Of a DNA stretch of 64,000 bases, positions 24,513 to 36,514 are shown in pieces; position 1 is the stretch's first letter, and each line of letters opens with the position of its first letter. Below the pieces are notes generated by a model that saw only the letters and a list, made by a program, of their open reading frames with translations, made no database searches and was not told where the DNA came from. The stretch lies in assembly GCA_047967505.1 (NCBI GenBank), contig CM106538.1, one strand, 5' to 3'. The translations under genes were made by a program, and so were the position numbers. The stretch is from Dipteris shenzhenensis (lineage: Eukaryota).

Positions 24513-24852
24513 CGGCTTCGCCCCCCTGGGTTCCTCTCATCCCCCTGCTACTTGTACGGGTGGAGATGGTGCAATTCTCAGGCGTCGCCATTACTCTCCA
24601 TGATTCTTCTACCTGGTCGAGCTGCCGATGGTCGCCATGTCCGAGTCCCAGGAAAGCTGGTAGTTAGTGAGCTTCCTTTTGAAAAGTCGTTAACACTCTT
24701 GATCTATTCATTTAAGGAAACCTTTAAAATTAACACTCATAATGGATTCATTCTCATTGGATCTAAGGAAGCCTTTACAATTACAACAACTCCACTTTAG
24801 TTCAAGTGAAGAGTAAAGGGGGACGTTCACCTCTCCACACCTTGCATGTAGA

Positions 24853-24923
24853 GGAGTCACGCAATAAGGCATCTGCCCACCTGAGGAGCAGCTGCCCTCG
24901 TTCGAATCCTGAGAGATGACTCC
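24853..24923 (+). other. tRNA-like or SINE-head-like element
   Basis: 71 nt bounded by complementary GGAGTCA and TGACTCC with a B-box GTTCGAATCC at 24900; no clear A-box or anticodon arm. Confidence 0.35.
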
Positions 24924-26666
24924 TTGCTACCTGACAAGGCCGGCCACTTCATCATTGGCCATGGGTGTGTGAGTAGGTGGTGCACAAGGGGACACCTTGA
25001 ATACATTGATTAGTAAAGGACAGTCGGTGACTTATTTGGTATTGGAAATGCTCCTTATTAGAAAAGATGCACCCCATTTATTAAAAACGGGTGCTACAAA
25101 TTGTCCCAAATATATGTTGATTGATTACAACAACACAAAAGGTTGAGAAGTGTGGAGGATCAAGCTGTGTCCTATGTAAAGCGTGTGCAAACAATACAGA
25201 TTCATTTACTATATGGTCTTATGTGTAAACTAAAACCCTTATACTTATGTAGTGTACAGTTGAATGTTTACTTGATCGTCAAGTTTGGTACTCTATCCCT
25301 ACATTGCTATGGTATCTGAACATCATTCTATTTGCTAAAGGTCTCCTTACGTTGTGCTACTAAATGAGTGTAGAGAGAGCGAGAGGGGGCGGGGCAGGGG
25401 GGGTGTATGTTGTTCTAAAGAATCAATCTCCATTCTTTGTTATGCTTTATAATCATTGAGACAGCATCTGCCTTTGCATTGCGGGACATGAAGGACCAAA
25501 AAGGCCATACTTTGAAGAGGGAGCACATTGGAGCATTGCATCTCTAGATTACACAAGTTATCAAAGGCCTTGTACCATGCCTCCAATTATTTGAGACATT
25601 CAAAGGATACAAAAGCCCAAAACAAGCATCCATACTTAGGTGGACCAATGTCCTAGGCCATGAGCAGTGTAGATAGAAACTATTAATAGCAAATGACTTA
25701 GGTGTAGATAATTAAATGCCCCTAGTCCCCCCCTCCCTTAAAGAACTATAGCGGGGCAAGCGTTGATGGTACAACGCGTAGACCAGAGTGCAAGAGCACC
25801 ACGAGGGAGGTAGGCTGTGTGGTAAATTAGAGCAAGTGAGGTAGGCTATATATATAGGGGGAGGGGAGTTAGTCGGGGGAGCTGGGCGGCTAGGGACTTA
25901 GTTGGGTTTTTTTTCGATTTAAAAGCTCGAGAAAAATGGTAGGGGGGTTTTGGTTAGTTAAGAAGGTGGGAGTACCAATCCTCAAGCCACCTGTTGAAGT
26001 AAAAAAACCATGGGGAAAATTAGGAGTAACCAATCTAGGGGAAATTAGTTTACTTGAGCTTGATGAGGATAGGGAACTAGAAATTAGGACGAGTTTAAAG
26101 AGAATAGAGGGATGTAGGCAGTCGGGAGAGATGAGGAGCAAAGGGGGTTGGGTTTTAGTAGATTAAGTTGTTATACAAAGGTTTAGAAAAAATAAAAAAT
26201 TAGAGAAAAGAAATAAGAAAAATTTAGGAATAGAGAACAAAATGAGGGAAAAGGGAAAATTAGGAGTATCTAGGAAAGTTTGCAATTTTAGAAAAGTCTA
26301 GGATACATAGGAAATAATTAGGAAAAAATAAATATTAGGAAACAAATAGGGAAATAATCAGGAAGAGTTTAGAAGAAATTAGGGAAAATTAGGTAGAAAT
26401 ACGAAATAATTAGGAGAATAGGCAAAATATATATAAAAATTAAGAGACAATTTTAGGAAGAAAATTGGAACAAATGGTAGGAAAAATATGGAAAAAATTA
26501 GGGAAAAAGGGGGGAGGGGGAAATTTTAAGAAGGGAAATGCGAGGGAAATGAGTGGAGAGTGGGTGAAAATAGGGAAATACTAGGGAGAGAAATTGAAAG
26601 AGGGGTTTGGAGGGGCGGGGGGAACTAATGAGCAAGTGACCAAACCAATGGAGGAAGGGATAGTAA

Positions 26667-26689
26667 GTGTGTGTGTGTGTGTATAAGTA

Positions 26690-26724
<35 letters not shown>

Positions 26725-26828
26725 ATACATACATACACACACATACACACATACATACATGTGTGTATGTATACATACATGCATATATATATATAATGTA
26801 TGTATGTATACTTATATATGTGTGTGTG

Positions 26829-26862
<34 letters not shown>

Positions 26863-27015
26863 CATATATATGTATACATATCTATATGTATATATGTATG
26901 TATACATACATATATATATGTGTGTGTGTTTGTGTGTGTGTGTGTGTATACATATGTATATATGTGTATATATATGTACATGTATAGATACACTCACACT
27001 CACATACACACACAC
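26667..27015. repeat. Compound (TG)n/(TA)n/(TACA)n microsatellite
   Basis: Direct inspection. Confidence 0.95.
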
Positions 27016-27272
27016 AATTATATATCATAGTATCTAGACACGTAAGCATCATGACATTGTAGGGTCATGATTTTATCAAAGTTCTTGATGACCAAGACTG
27101 ATTTTACCTTTCGTATGTGTGAGGAATCTAAGTCCGGAAGTGAGAGGAAGTGAGCAATGGTGTGTGCTTTCCAAGATGGGATGGTGGAGGTCTATCTCCC
27201 GTCTCAAATTAGTGAATAGTGGGGCCATAGGAATCTGAAATTAAATGCATATGTACATACACACACACACAC

Positions 27273-30200
27273 AGTTATAGATAAAAATGACCAAGGTAAA
27301 AGGCATAAATACGTGTGTGTTTTTGTATATGTGGCATAGGGCCCAGGGTTGAGGTGGGAGGGCATGACTACCACCCTTCCACGTAAGAGGACCCATAGGT
27401 GTGTTGTACATAATCCATGATAGTTATATTATAAAATGTTGAGGTGGCATGGTTCCTCCATGTGCCACCCCTCCACCTAGGTGGCCCCATGCTTGCATTT
27501 AGTGAGACATGGCCCAAGAACCATGGAAAAAGTAATATAAAATAGGTGGAGATGGATATTATCTTGGATTATTCCCTCCATGTAGGATAGACCCATGTGG
27601 GGGGGGTTGTAGATAGTCGAAGAATGCAAGTTAAATAATGGGAAAAGTAGGATGAGGTGGCAAGATTCCTTGTGCCAACCCTCCATTTGTCCTCCTAAAT
27701 GTTTGTGTATATTATAATATAGGAAGAAGCCATGGAAGTTTGATACACTATAGGATATGGGGGTTGAATTGAGGGGAAAAGGCTTGTCGGGTACAATTGA
27801 GAGTGCATACCCACCAAGCTCACATGGAAGAAACCTCCTCTCACACCATGCATATGGGGAGGTGGCATTTATTAGGAGAGACCCTCTTTTGGCTATAAAA
27901 GAAGGGGGCCATTCCTTGATGTGAGACACTCATCCTTGTATAGCCACCATGTTAGTATTTTGATTTTTCCATCTGTACTTTCAAATAAAGCATGACTCTC
28001 TTCCCTTGATGTCTCTATCTCTACATTCCACCTCCTATCATATACATACTCCTCTTCCCCCTCTCCCTTCCCCATTGTGCCATAGTCTCCTTCTTCATCC
28101 CCACCCCTCTTAACACTCCTCCCCTCATGCTCCCTTTCTCCTATGGCTCTCGAGCGTCGCCATGCCCAGCATCCGGCTCATGTGTTGGTTTCTTGTCACC
28201 AAAAGGGGCATTATCGCACCGACTGTCCTAATGTTCCAAGGGTGAATCTCCTAAGTGAATCAGGCACTGAAGATTCTGATGTGGAGGACCTTGATCTCGG
28301 GAAGAGAAGTTGTACAACCTCGGACCCCTCTCCGAACCATGGATTGGGGCTGCCCCAAGAGGAAGGTATCCTTCTCAGAGCCCCCAAATGCTGAGATGAT
28401 AGACCCACCAAAATGGAGAAGGCTAAAAGATCTTGCATGAGTAAGTGGTCACCCTCGAATTTCCCTATCGGCTTAGGGCAAGAAGATATCAGCCGTTCAG
28501 GACATCGCCAATCGGTCTCTGAACATCATGCTTCCTCAACTGATAGCACTAAGCCCTAAGGTGAGATGAGAGCTGCAACAAGGGCTCTCTACACGAAGGA
28601 ACAAGAAAAAGGGAAAGGTACGCGAGATTTCTTATATCTCTGAAGATGTTGATCAGCACCTACATACAGTAGATGTCATCCTAGATAATTGCCATGTCAA
28701 AAGTGTGTGTTGATGGGGGAGCTGCATGTAATATCACGGTGCCCCGTATCATGAAGAAGTTGAATTTGAAATGCACAAGGCATTCTTCCACTCAAATAAA
28801 AGTAGCAGATGGTTGACAGCTCGCCACCATGAGATTCATTGAAGATTTGCCTATCACTATCAATGGGTTGGCCACCATTGTCAATTTCTATGTAGTGGAC
28901 ATTGAAGATACAGATAGGAGTTACCCAGCCATACTCGGGAGACCGTGGTTGAGAAAGAGTGATGCAATCAGTTATTGGAAGATGGGACACATGTCTTTTG
29001 GTGCTTCAAAGGAGAAGATTCCTGTACAACTAGGTGCCACTGAGAACCAGAAGAAAAAGAGGAGCCAGACAATGGTACTCTTTCATCCTCAGTGTCTAAG
29101 TCGTCTAAGTCAATGGAAGATTCAGATGGAGGGGAGGAGTTCTCCGAGGAAGAAGTTTACATGATGGGGGTGTCTCCGACACCACCACCCGCGGTAAAGC
29201 TAACAACTAGTCCTCAACAGCTTGAATCTATGCTTTCTCTAAACCTCACTCCGAGTGAGAAAGACGAGTTCCTAGAAATGTTCAAAGGTTTCCTTGACCT
29301 CATTGTGACTAGCTATCACCATCCTCGCTATGTAACTATCATAGAACACAAGATAGAGTTGAAGCACAATACTAAGCTAGTGGCTCAGAAGTACTGGAGA
29401 TTAGGGCCCACATAGACTGATGCTTTGCGCTCAGAGTTGTAGAAGCTTGTAGAAGTTGGGTTTATTGTTGCAGTTCACAAGTGGCGGGTCTGCATCGACT
29501 ATAAGAAACTCAATGCAGCCACCAAGAGGGACCATCATCCTCTGTCTTTTCAGGACCTCATTCTTGAGAAGGTAAGTGGTCATGAGATGTATACTTTCTA
29601 TAATGGTTACTCCTTGTTTTATCAAATCAGAATTGTCAAGGAGGATGTGATCAAAACCACATTTGCTACATCTTGGGGGATGTTTGCATTCAAGGTGATC
29701 CCATTTGGCCTCACCAATGCTCCTACTACCTTTTAGAGATTTATGCAGATGGTGTTTGCTTCTTATTTGGGGGTTTTCTTGGAGGTGTCTTCAGATGATT
29801 TTTTTCTATTCTTAGCACGTAGTCATGAAGGTTAGGATGTCCTTCCAAAGGGTCAATGATGCGAATGGCAATCTCAACCCTGATAAATGCACCATTGGAG
29901 CCACTCAAGGGAGGTTACTGGGACTTATTGTCTCATCCGAGGGCGTTAAGCTTGACCCTGAGAAGGTAGAAGCTATTCTCAAGCTCTCCCCACCAACAAC
30001 CAAATGTCATGTATGTTCATTTGTCAATCTAGTAGGATACTATCGATGCTTCATTGATCAATATGCTGCTTTGACATGACCCATGACTATGCTATTAAAA
30101 GATGGGGTTGATTTCTCTTGGCATGAGGATTGTGATCAAGGGTTTATACAAATCAAGAGTGCTCTGGCTTCAGAACCCATTCTACGCAATCTTGATTGGT

Positions 30201-31420
30201 CAAAGACTTTCTATATCAATCCTGGGTTTGGTGAGCACACTCTAGCAGGTATTTTCTCCAGCAAGGGGAGGATCGGTACATGTACCCTATTCGATTTGCT
30301 TCTCAACAATTGCTTGAAACTGAATGACGCTACTCTGAGGCTCACAAGCATGTCTCATCTTTGGTGTTCTGCATTGAGGTATTTAAGCATTATGTGGCTG
30401 GAAAGTCCTTCATTATAATTTATAGCAATGATCTCGCAAAGCAGGTTCTTCACTCACCAAATCCCATGGAACACTTATTTCATTAATTTTGGACTCATAT
30501 GTCTACATTTGGACTAATCCTTGAAATCCTTCCCAAATGAAAAGTTTACTTTATGAAAATATCATTTCATAATCAAAAGTTTACTTTCTAGCACTGTCAT
30601 TTCCACTTAATACATTTCAGGACATCTCTCTATAATGTTGCACTAACAATGCAAAAACTACTATTAAATCCTAATTTTGTATTTCTTGTTTTTAAGAATC
30701 GTATTCTTAAATTAAAGAATTCCTTGAGTTATTATTTTAAATCCATGAAAAACCACGCTCTTGAAGATTTAAAAAATTTTAAAAAGCTATACACAAGAGA
30801 CTTGCAAGACTCTTTTTGCTTTGAATGCAGAAAACTATAGCACTCTTGAATATTCAAGAAATTAAAAGGTTTATATAGACATGAGACATGATGGAAGTCT
30901 TTTTTGTACTCTAAAAAATAGCAATAGCTATGCTTGCAATTTTACATTATCAGAGTCCATTCTTAAATGAATCAGTGGAGTTACTCATATATCGCATGGG
31001 TATTGATCATCACACTTCTAGCATCTATTATCCAACATCCATGGATCAAACAGAGCGGACCAATGGCCTCCTTTGTAAAACATGGAAAAAACGGCTACAA
31101 GGAACAGAAGCGAGTGGGATAAGAAGGTCACAGAAGCCGTATGGACTTACAACATCACTCATAAAATGTCTATAGGTCACACTCCTTTTGAGTTGGTGTA
31201 CGGTACTGAGGCCATTTTACCACTAGAGATAGAGATTCCAGCTTTGAGATTGGCACAAGAATAGAGGATGATAAAAGATGAACATGTAGAGGCCCAGTTG
31301 GTGCAACTTGAGAAGCTAGATGAAACCCGACGCCTTGCCCTACATCAAACAGAGATATAAAAGAATCAACAAAAGGCCCACTTGGATGCTAAGATTCGTA
31401 AGTTTAATATTGAATAGAAA
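27273..31420 (+). mobile_element. Degraded Ty3/Gypsy element, non-chromovirus (Athila/Tat-like): LTR-like region, gag knuckle, protease, RT, RNase H, integrase C-half
   Basis: TATA-like GGCTATAAAAG near 27891; [59 protein letters not shown]-rich interruption at about 30480-30950. Confidence 0.88.
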
Positions 31421-31469
31421 AAGAGTATGTTTATTTCATGATTAATTTAGAGATAAGAGGTTTTAGAAA

Positions 31470-31600
31470 AAGGCCTTGAACGCCTCACACTGCTGCAGCA
31501 GGAACATCAAAGAGAGGGAATGGTTTGGGTTATGGCAGCAAGAGACATAGGTAAATGGGCTACCTACAGGGATGGAAAAGTCATTATTAGAGAGAGAGCA
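31470..31600 (+). pseudogene. LINE ORF1 C-terminal remnant
   Basis: LTLLQQEHQREGMVWVMAARDIGKWATYRDGKVIIRER aligns by eye with LTLTQLKQRISELAKVNKARNAQKWAICRDGQALIRDF at 41084-41200. Confidence 0.55.
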
Positions 31601-32789
31601 GACAGGGGAGAGAGGGAAGGAAGAGAAGAAGGAGAAATAGACAGCACATGAGAGTGTCAGACCCAGGATTGGAATCGGACACCACTCTCCTATGATCACT
31701 GGAATACCCTTCTTAGAATAGTAGGGTGAATATTTGTACAAGTGGAGAATGGAAGTGGTGCCGATCTCTTATTAGGCCCTAAGAAATGGCATTGAGAAGC
31801 CTAAACTCACATGTGCATTCTTCTATGTAGTGATCACTGTCTCCGCTGTGTAGAGATCATATGGAATTGTGTCAATCTCTGTGAAGAATGCCACCAGTGG
31901 AGAATGGCAGTGGTGCCAATCTCATACCATGACCTAAAAACATGCACAAGGAATGTGCTTACATTTCCTCCTTACATGCTTGCTTCTCCTCCTTAAGTGC
32001 TCGCATCCTCTCACTTGTGGCTGGACTCCCTTGCCTTGCCTCTATTCGATTTCCCTATGCTTGCCTTTCCTCACAACTCCCAACCTTACTCTACTACCCT
32101 TCCCAGCTATGTGAAGATCAAGTTGGCTAGTCGTCCCTTACTCTACCCATAAGCTCGTTGCTTGCGTTCTTTATATTCGCCTCCCTTTTACTTATAGCAA
32201 AGGTGCCTCTTAATTTCTCACTTTTTCATTTCCTTCGTTTCTCCCTCTCTGCAATTAAAATGTGTGCTCTCAAGTTCTCAAGGTAGTTTCAACTGTAGTA
32301 GGTGGGTATGTAAGACTAGGGTGGCGGTGGTGGGTAACGGAGCAAGTGGTAGGTGGGTAGTAAGACTAGGGAGTGGTTAAGTAAAGGAGGTTAAGTTAGG
32401 GGGAGAAGAGTGATTCCTATAAGAAAAATATGAAGGGTAATAAGCATATAAGAAGGGAAGGAGGTATAGACAAGATCCTTTCCGAAATTCCTTGTTGAAA
32501 ATTAATGAAAATACTGCTCAAACCCATAAAGCATATAATGCTCATACCAAAAACTAATTTTAAGCCAATACATCAACTTAGCATAAAATGGTAAAGCATA
32601 AGAAAAGAAATAAAAAGGGGGGTGGGAAAAAAAAGGGGGGAACATTTGTGTAACATTTGACAACGGTGTGGGAGGGGTTCGGGGGAACAATAAAATTAAT
32701 AATTTACTTTCAAAAAACTTTGAACCAAGAACCAAACATAGATGTGGAAAAAAAGGGGGAAAGGGAGTGAAAATTTTTGACTAAGTCAA

Positions 32790-35700
32790 TAAAAGCCTTC
32801 AATAGGGAGGGCGATAGCTTCAGCCCACTTAGTAACATACTGAGTGGCTACCAAAAGATACTTCTTTTTGTGGGCAGTCATGAGCAGGGGCCCGACAAAA
32901 TCTATTCCCCACTTCTGAAACGGAAGGATGGACATCACTGGGTGATGTTGCCCAAGACGCAAATCCTTCCTGCCAAAGAATTGGCATGGTTCACAAGTTT
33001 TGCAATGCATAGTGACATCCTTGAATAAGGTCGGCCAATAGTACCTAGCATGTAAAATCTTCTTCACTGGCATAGTGGCCTCCACAAAATCCATCATGAT
33101 AATGCTTCAATACCTTAGGTACTTCTCACCAAACCCAGGATTGATATAGAAAGTCTTTGACCAATCTGGATTACATAGAATGGGTTCTCAAGCCAAAGCA
33201 TTCTTGATTTGTGCAAACCCATGATCACAATCCTCATTCCAAGAGAAATCAACCCCATCTTTCAATAGCATAGTCATGGGTCATGTCAAAGTAGCATATT
33301 AATCAATGAAGCGGCAATAGTATCCTGCTAGATTAACAAATGAGCATACCTGATGTTTGGTTGTTGGTGGGGAGAGCTTGAGGATGGCTTCTACTTTCTC
33401 AGGGTCAGAGGCTTGACGCCCTTGGATGAGACAATATGTCCCAGTAACCTCCCTTGAGTGGCTCCAATGGTGCATTTCTCAGGCTTAAGATTGCCATTCG
33501 CATCATTGACCCTTTGGAAGGCCAACCTAACCTTCATGACGTGCTCCTTACATGACGAGAATATACAAAAATCATCTAAAAACACCTCCAAGAAATCCCC
33601 CAAATAAGAGCAAACACCATCTACATAAATCTTTGAAAGGTAGCAGGAGCATTGGTGAGGCCAAATGGCATTACTTTGAATGCAAATGTCCCCCAGGGTG
33701 TGGCAAATGTGGTTTTAAGCACATCTTCTTCGACAATTCTGATTTGATAAAACTCGAAGTAACCATCACAGAAAGTATACATCTCATGACCACTTACCTT
33801 CTCAAGAATGAGGTCTTGAAAGGGAAGAGGATGATGGTCCCTCTTGGTGGCTGCATTGAGTTTCTTATAATCGATGCAGACCTGCTTGTTGTTTTCCTTT
33901 GGGTTGACTACACTGGTGAAACCCATTCAGTATTGTGAACCGGAACAATAAACCCAGCTTCTACAAGTTTCTACAACTCTGAGTGCAAAGCATCGGTGTA
34001 TAGGGGCCCTAATCTCCGATACTTCTAAGCCAAAGGCTTCGCATCAGGCTTCAGCTCTATCTTGTGCTCTATGGCAGTCACACGGCAAAGGTGGCGGTAG
34101 CTAGTTGCGAAGAGGTCAAGGAAATCTTTGAACATTTCTAGGAACTCATCTTTCTCACAAGGAGTGAGGTCTGGGGAAAGCATAGATTCAAGCTGTTGAG
34201 GACTAGCTATTACCTTTTCTGCAGGTGGTGGGGTCAGAGACACCCCCATCATGTAAACTTCCTCCTCTGAGAACTCCTCCCCCCCGTCTGACTCTTCCAT
34301 TGATTCAGACACCGAGGATGAGAGAGTATCACTGTCTTGCTCCTCTTCTTCTTCTGGTTCCGTGGCACTTGGTTGCACCAGGATCTTCTCCTTAGAAGCA
34401 CCAAAAGACATGTGTCCAATAGCTGACCGCATCACTCTTTCTCAACCATGGTCTCGCAAGTATGGCTGGGTAACTCCTGCCTGTATCTTCAATGTCCACT
34501 ACGTAGAAATTGACCGTGGTGGTCAACACATTGATAGTGATGGGAAAATCCTCAATGACTCCCAGGGTGGCGAGTCATCGACCATATGCTACCTTGATTC
34601 GAGTGGAGGAACGCCTTGTACATTTCAAATTCAATTTCTTCATGATTTGGGGCACCATGATATTACATGCGACTCCTCCATCAACACACACACTTTTGAC
34701 ACGGCAATTATCTATGATAACATCTACTGTATGTGGGTGCCGATCAATTTCTTCAGAGATAGAAGAGACCTCTCGTACCTTCCCCTTTTTCTTTCTCCTC
34801 CTTTTGAGAGCCCTTGCTATAGCTCACGTCTCACCTTAGGGCTTAATGCTATTAGTTAAGGGAGCGAGATGCTCAAAGACCGATGAGCAAGGTGCTAAAT
34901 GACCGAATAGTCCTCTTGTCGTAAGTCGATGGGAAAATCCGAGGGCGACCACTTACTCCTGCGAGATCTTTTTGTCTTCTCTGTTGGTGGGTCTACTATC
35001 TCAACATCTGAGGGCTCTGAGAAGGATAGCTTCTTTCTGGGGCAGCCTGGCACAGTTTGGAGAGGGGTCCGAGGTGGTACAACTTTTGGGTGGGGAAAAG
35101 AGACTAAGAGGGGAGGGAATGAAGAGGGAGACTATGGTACAAAGGGAGAGAGAAAGAGGGGAAAGAAGAGCATGTACATGATGGGAGGAGGAATGTAAAG
35201 ATGGAGACATCAAGGGAAGAGGGCCACGCTTTATTTGAAATCAAAGTACTAGCTAGGTGGCTTTACAAGAATGAGCGTGTCCATCAAGGAATAGCCCCCT
35301 CCTTTTATAGCCAAGAGAGAGGGTCTCTCCCAATAAATGCATCCTCCCACATGCCTGGTGTGTGTGGAAGAGTCTCCCTGGTGGGCTAGGTGGTTACGCA
35401 CTCTCAATTGTGTGCAATAAAGCTTGGCCACATTTTTCCACATATATCAACTCCCATATCCCAAGTCTATGATACTCCCTTGGTCTCTTCCCAATTTTAT
35501 AATACGTTCAAACATCTAGGAGAACAAGTGGAGGGTTGGCACAAGGAATCTTGCCAGCTCATCCTACTTTCCCCATTATTTAACTTACACTCTTAGACCT
35601 TCTATACCTCCCCCACATGGGCCTATCCTACATGGAGGGAATAACCCAATATAATATCCATCTCCACCTATTTTATATTACTTCTCCCATGGACTTTAGG

Positions 35701-35970
35701 CCATATCTCACTAAATGCAGGCATGGGACTGCCTAGGTGGAGGGGTGGCACATGGAGGAACCATGCCTCCTTACATTTTATAATATTACCACCATGGATT
35801 ATATACAACACACCTTATGGGTCCTCTTACATGGAAGGGTGGCACATGGTCATGCCCTGCCACCTCAACCCTGGGCCCTATGCACACCATATTTTATTAT
35901 ACTATTGCCACACATACAAGCACACACTCAAATTTATGCCTTTTTACTTTGGTCAAATTCATTTATAACA
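32790..35970 (-). mobile_element. Second degraded copy of the same Ty3/Gypsy family, inverted: LTR-like region, gag end, protease, RT, RNase H start, integrase N-half
   Basis: ORFs 33621-33926 (CIDYKKLN...[16 protein letters not shown]), 33391-33603 (FLDDF), 32786-33097 ([18 protein letters not shown]...WGIDFVGP); terminus TGTTATA at 35970. Confidence 0.9.
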
Positions 35971-36377
35971 GTGCACACCTCCAATATGCAAGGCATGGCT
36001 AGTTCTTTTAAGCATACACATTTGCAAATAACAATATCAAATTTTTTTGATGTAGACACTTTCTTTCTCTTTCTACTAAGGGGTTTGTGAATATGCCTCC
36101 AATATGTAAGGCATGGACAATGCCCCCACCTGCCCATTTTTGTATCTATGACTAACCATCCTTTGAGGAAGCTAGAAAATTAAACATTTCTAAAAAACTA
36201 CCCATGGTGGCTTGACATGAAGATAGGTTTTTGTATGTATACTCATCATTTAAAAGGAGAAACAAGAGAAAGATATGTATACTCATCATTCAAAAGGAGA
36301 TGTGGGAAGTCCATTATCCTCTTCGTATAGTAATGATAATAGTATGCAACAAAAGAAGATAGAAGAAGAGAAACAAA

Positions 36378-36514
36378 AAATCCTTGAAGAGCAAGAGAAG
36401 GATATATAAAACATTGTAGATGCAACAAGAGGAGGATAGCCCAAAATCCGTAAAGAGCAAGAGAAGGACATACAAAACATTATAGATGCAACAAGTAGGG
36501 GGCAGCCCAAAATG
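36378..36514 (+). repeat. Two-copy tandem repeat, about 66 bp unit
   Basis: AAGAGCAAGAGAAGGA(T/C)ATA..AAACATT.TAGATGCAACAAG...GCCCAAAAT occurs twice. Confidence 0.8.

Noticed and set aside
24853-24923. Functional tRNA gene
   Set aside because: The T-stem does not pair properly and there is no convincing D-arm, A-box or anticodon arm.
26498-27037. Multiple YICV/THT-rich ORFs
   Set aside because: Translation of a compound microsatellite.
27273-35970. A single giant foldback or TIR transposon
   Set aside because: The arms are Gypsy LTR and pol sequence with independent deletions; no TSD or transposase.
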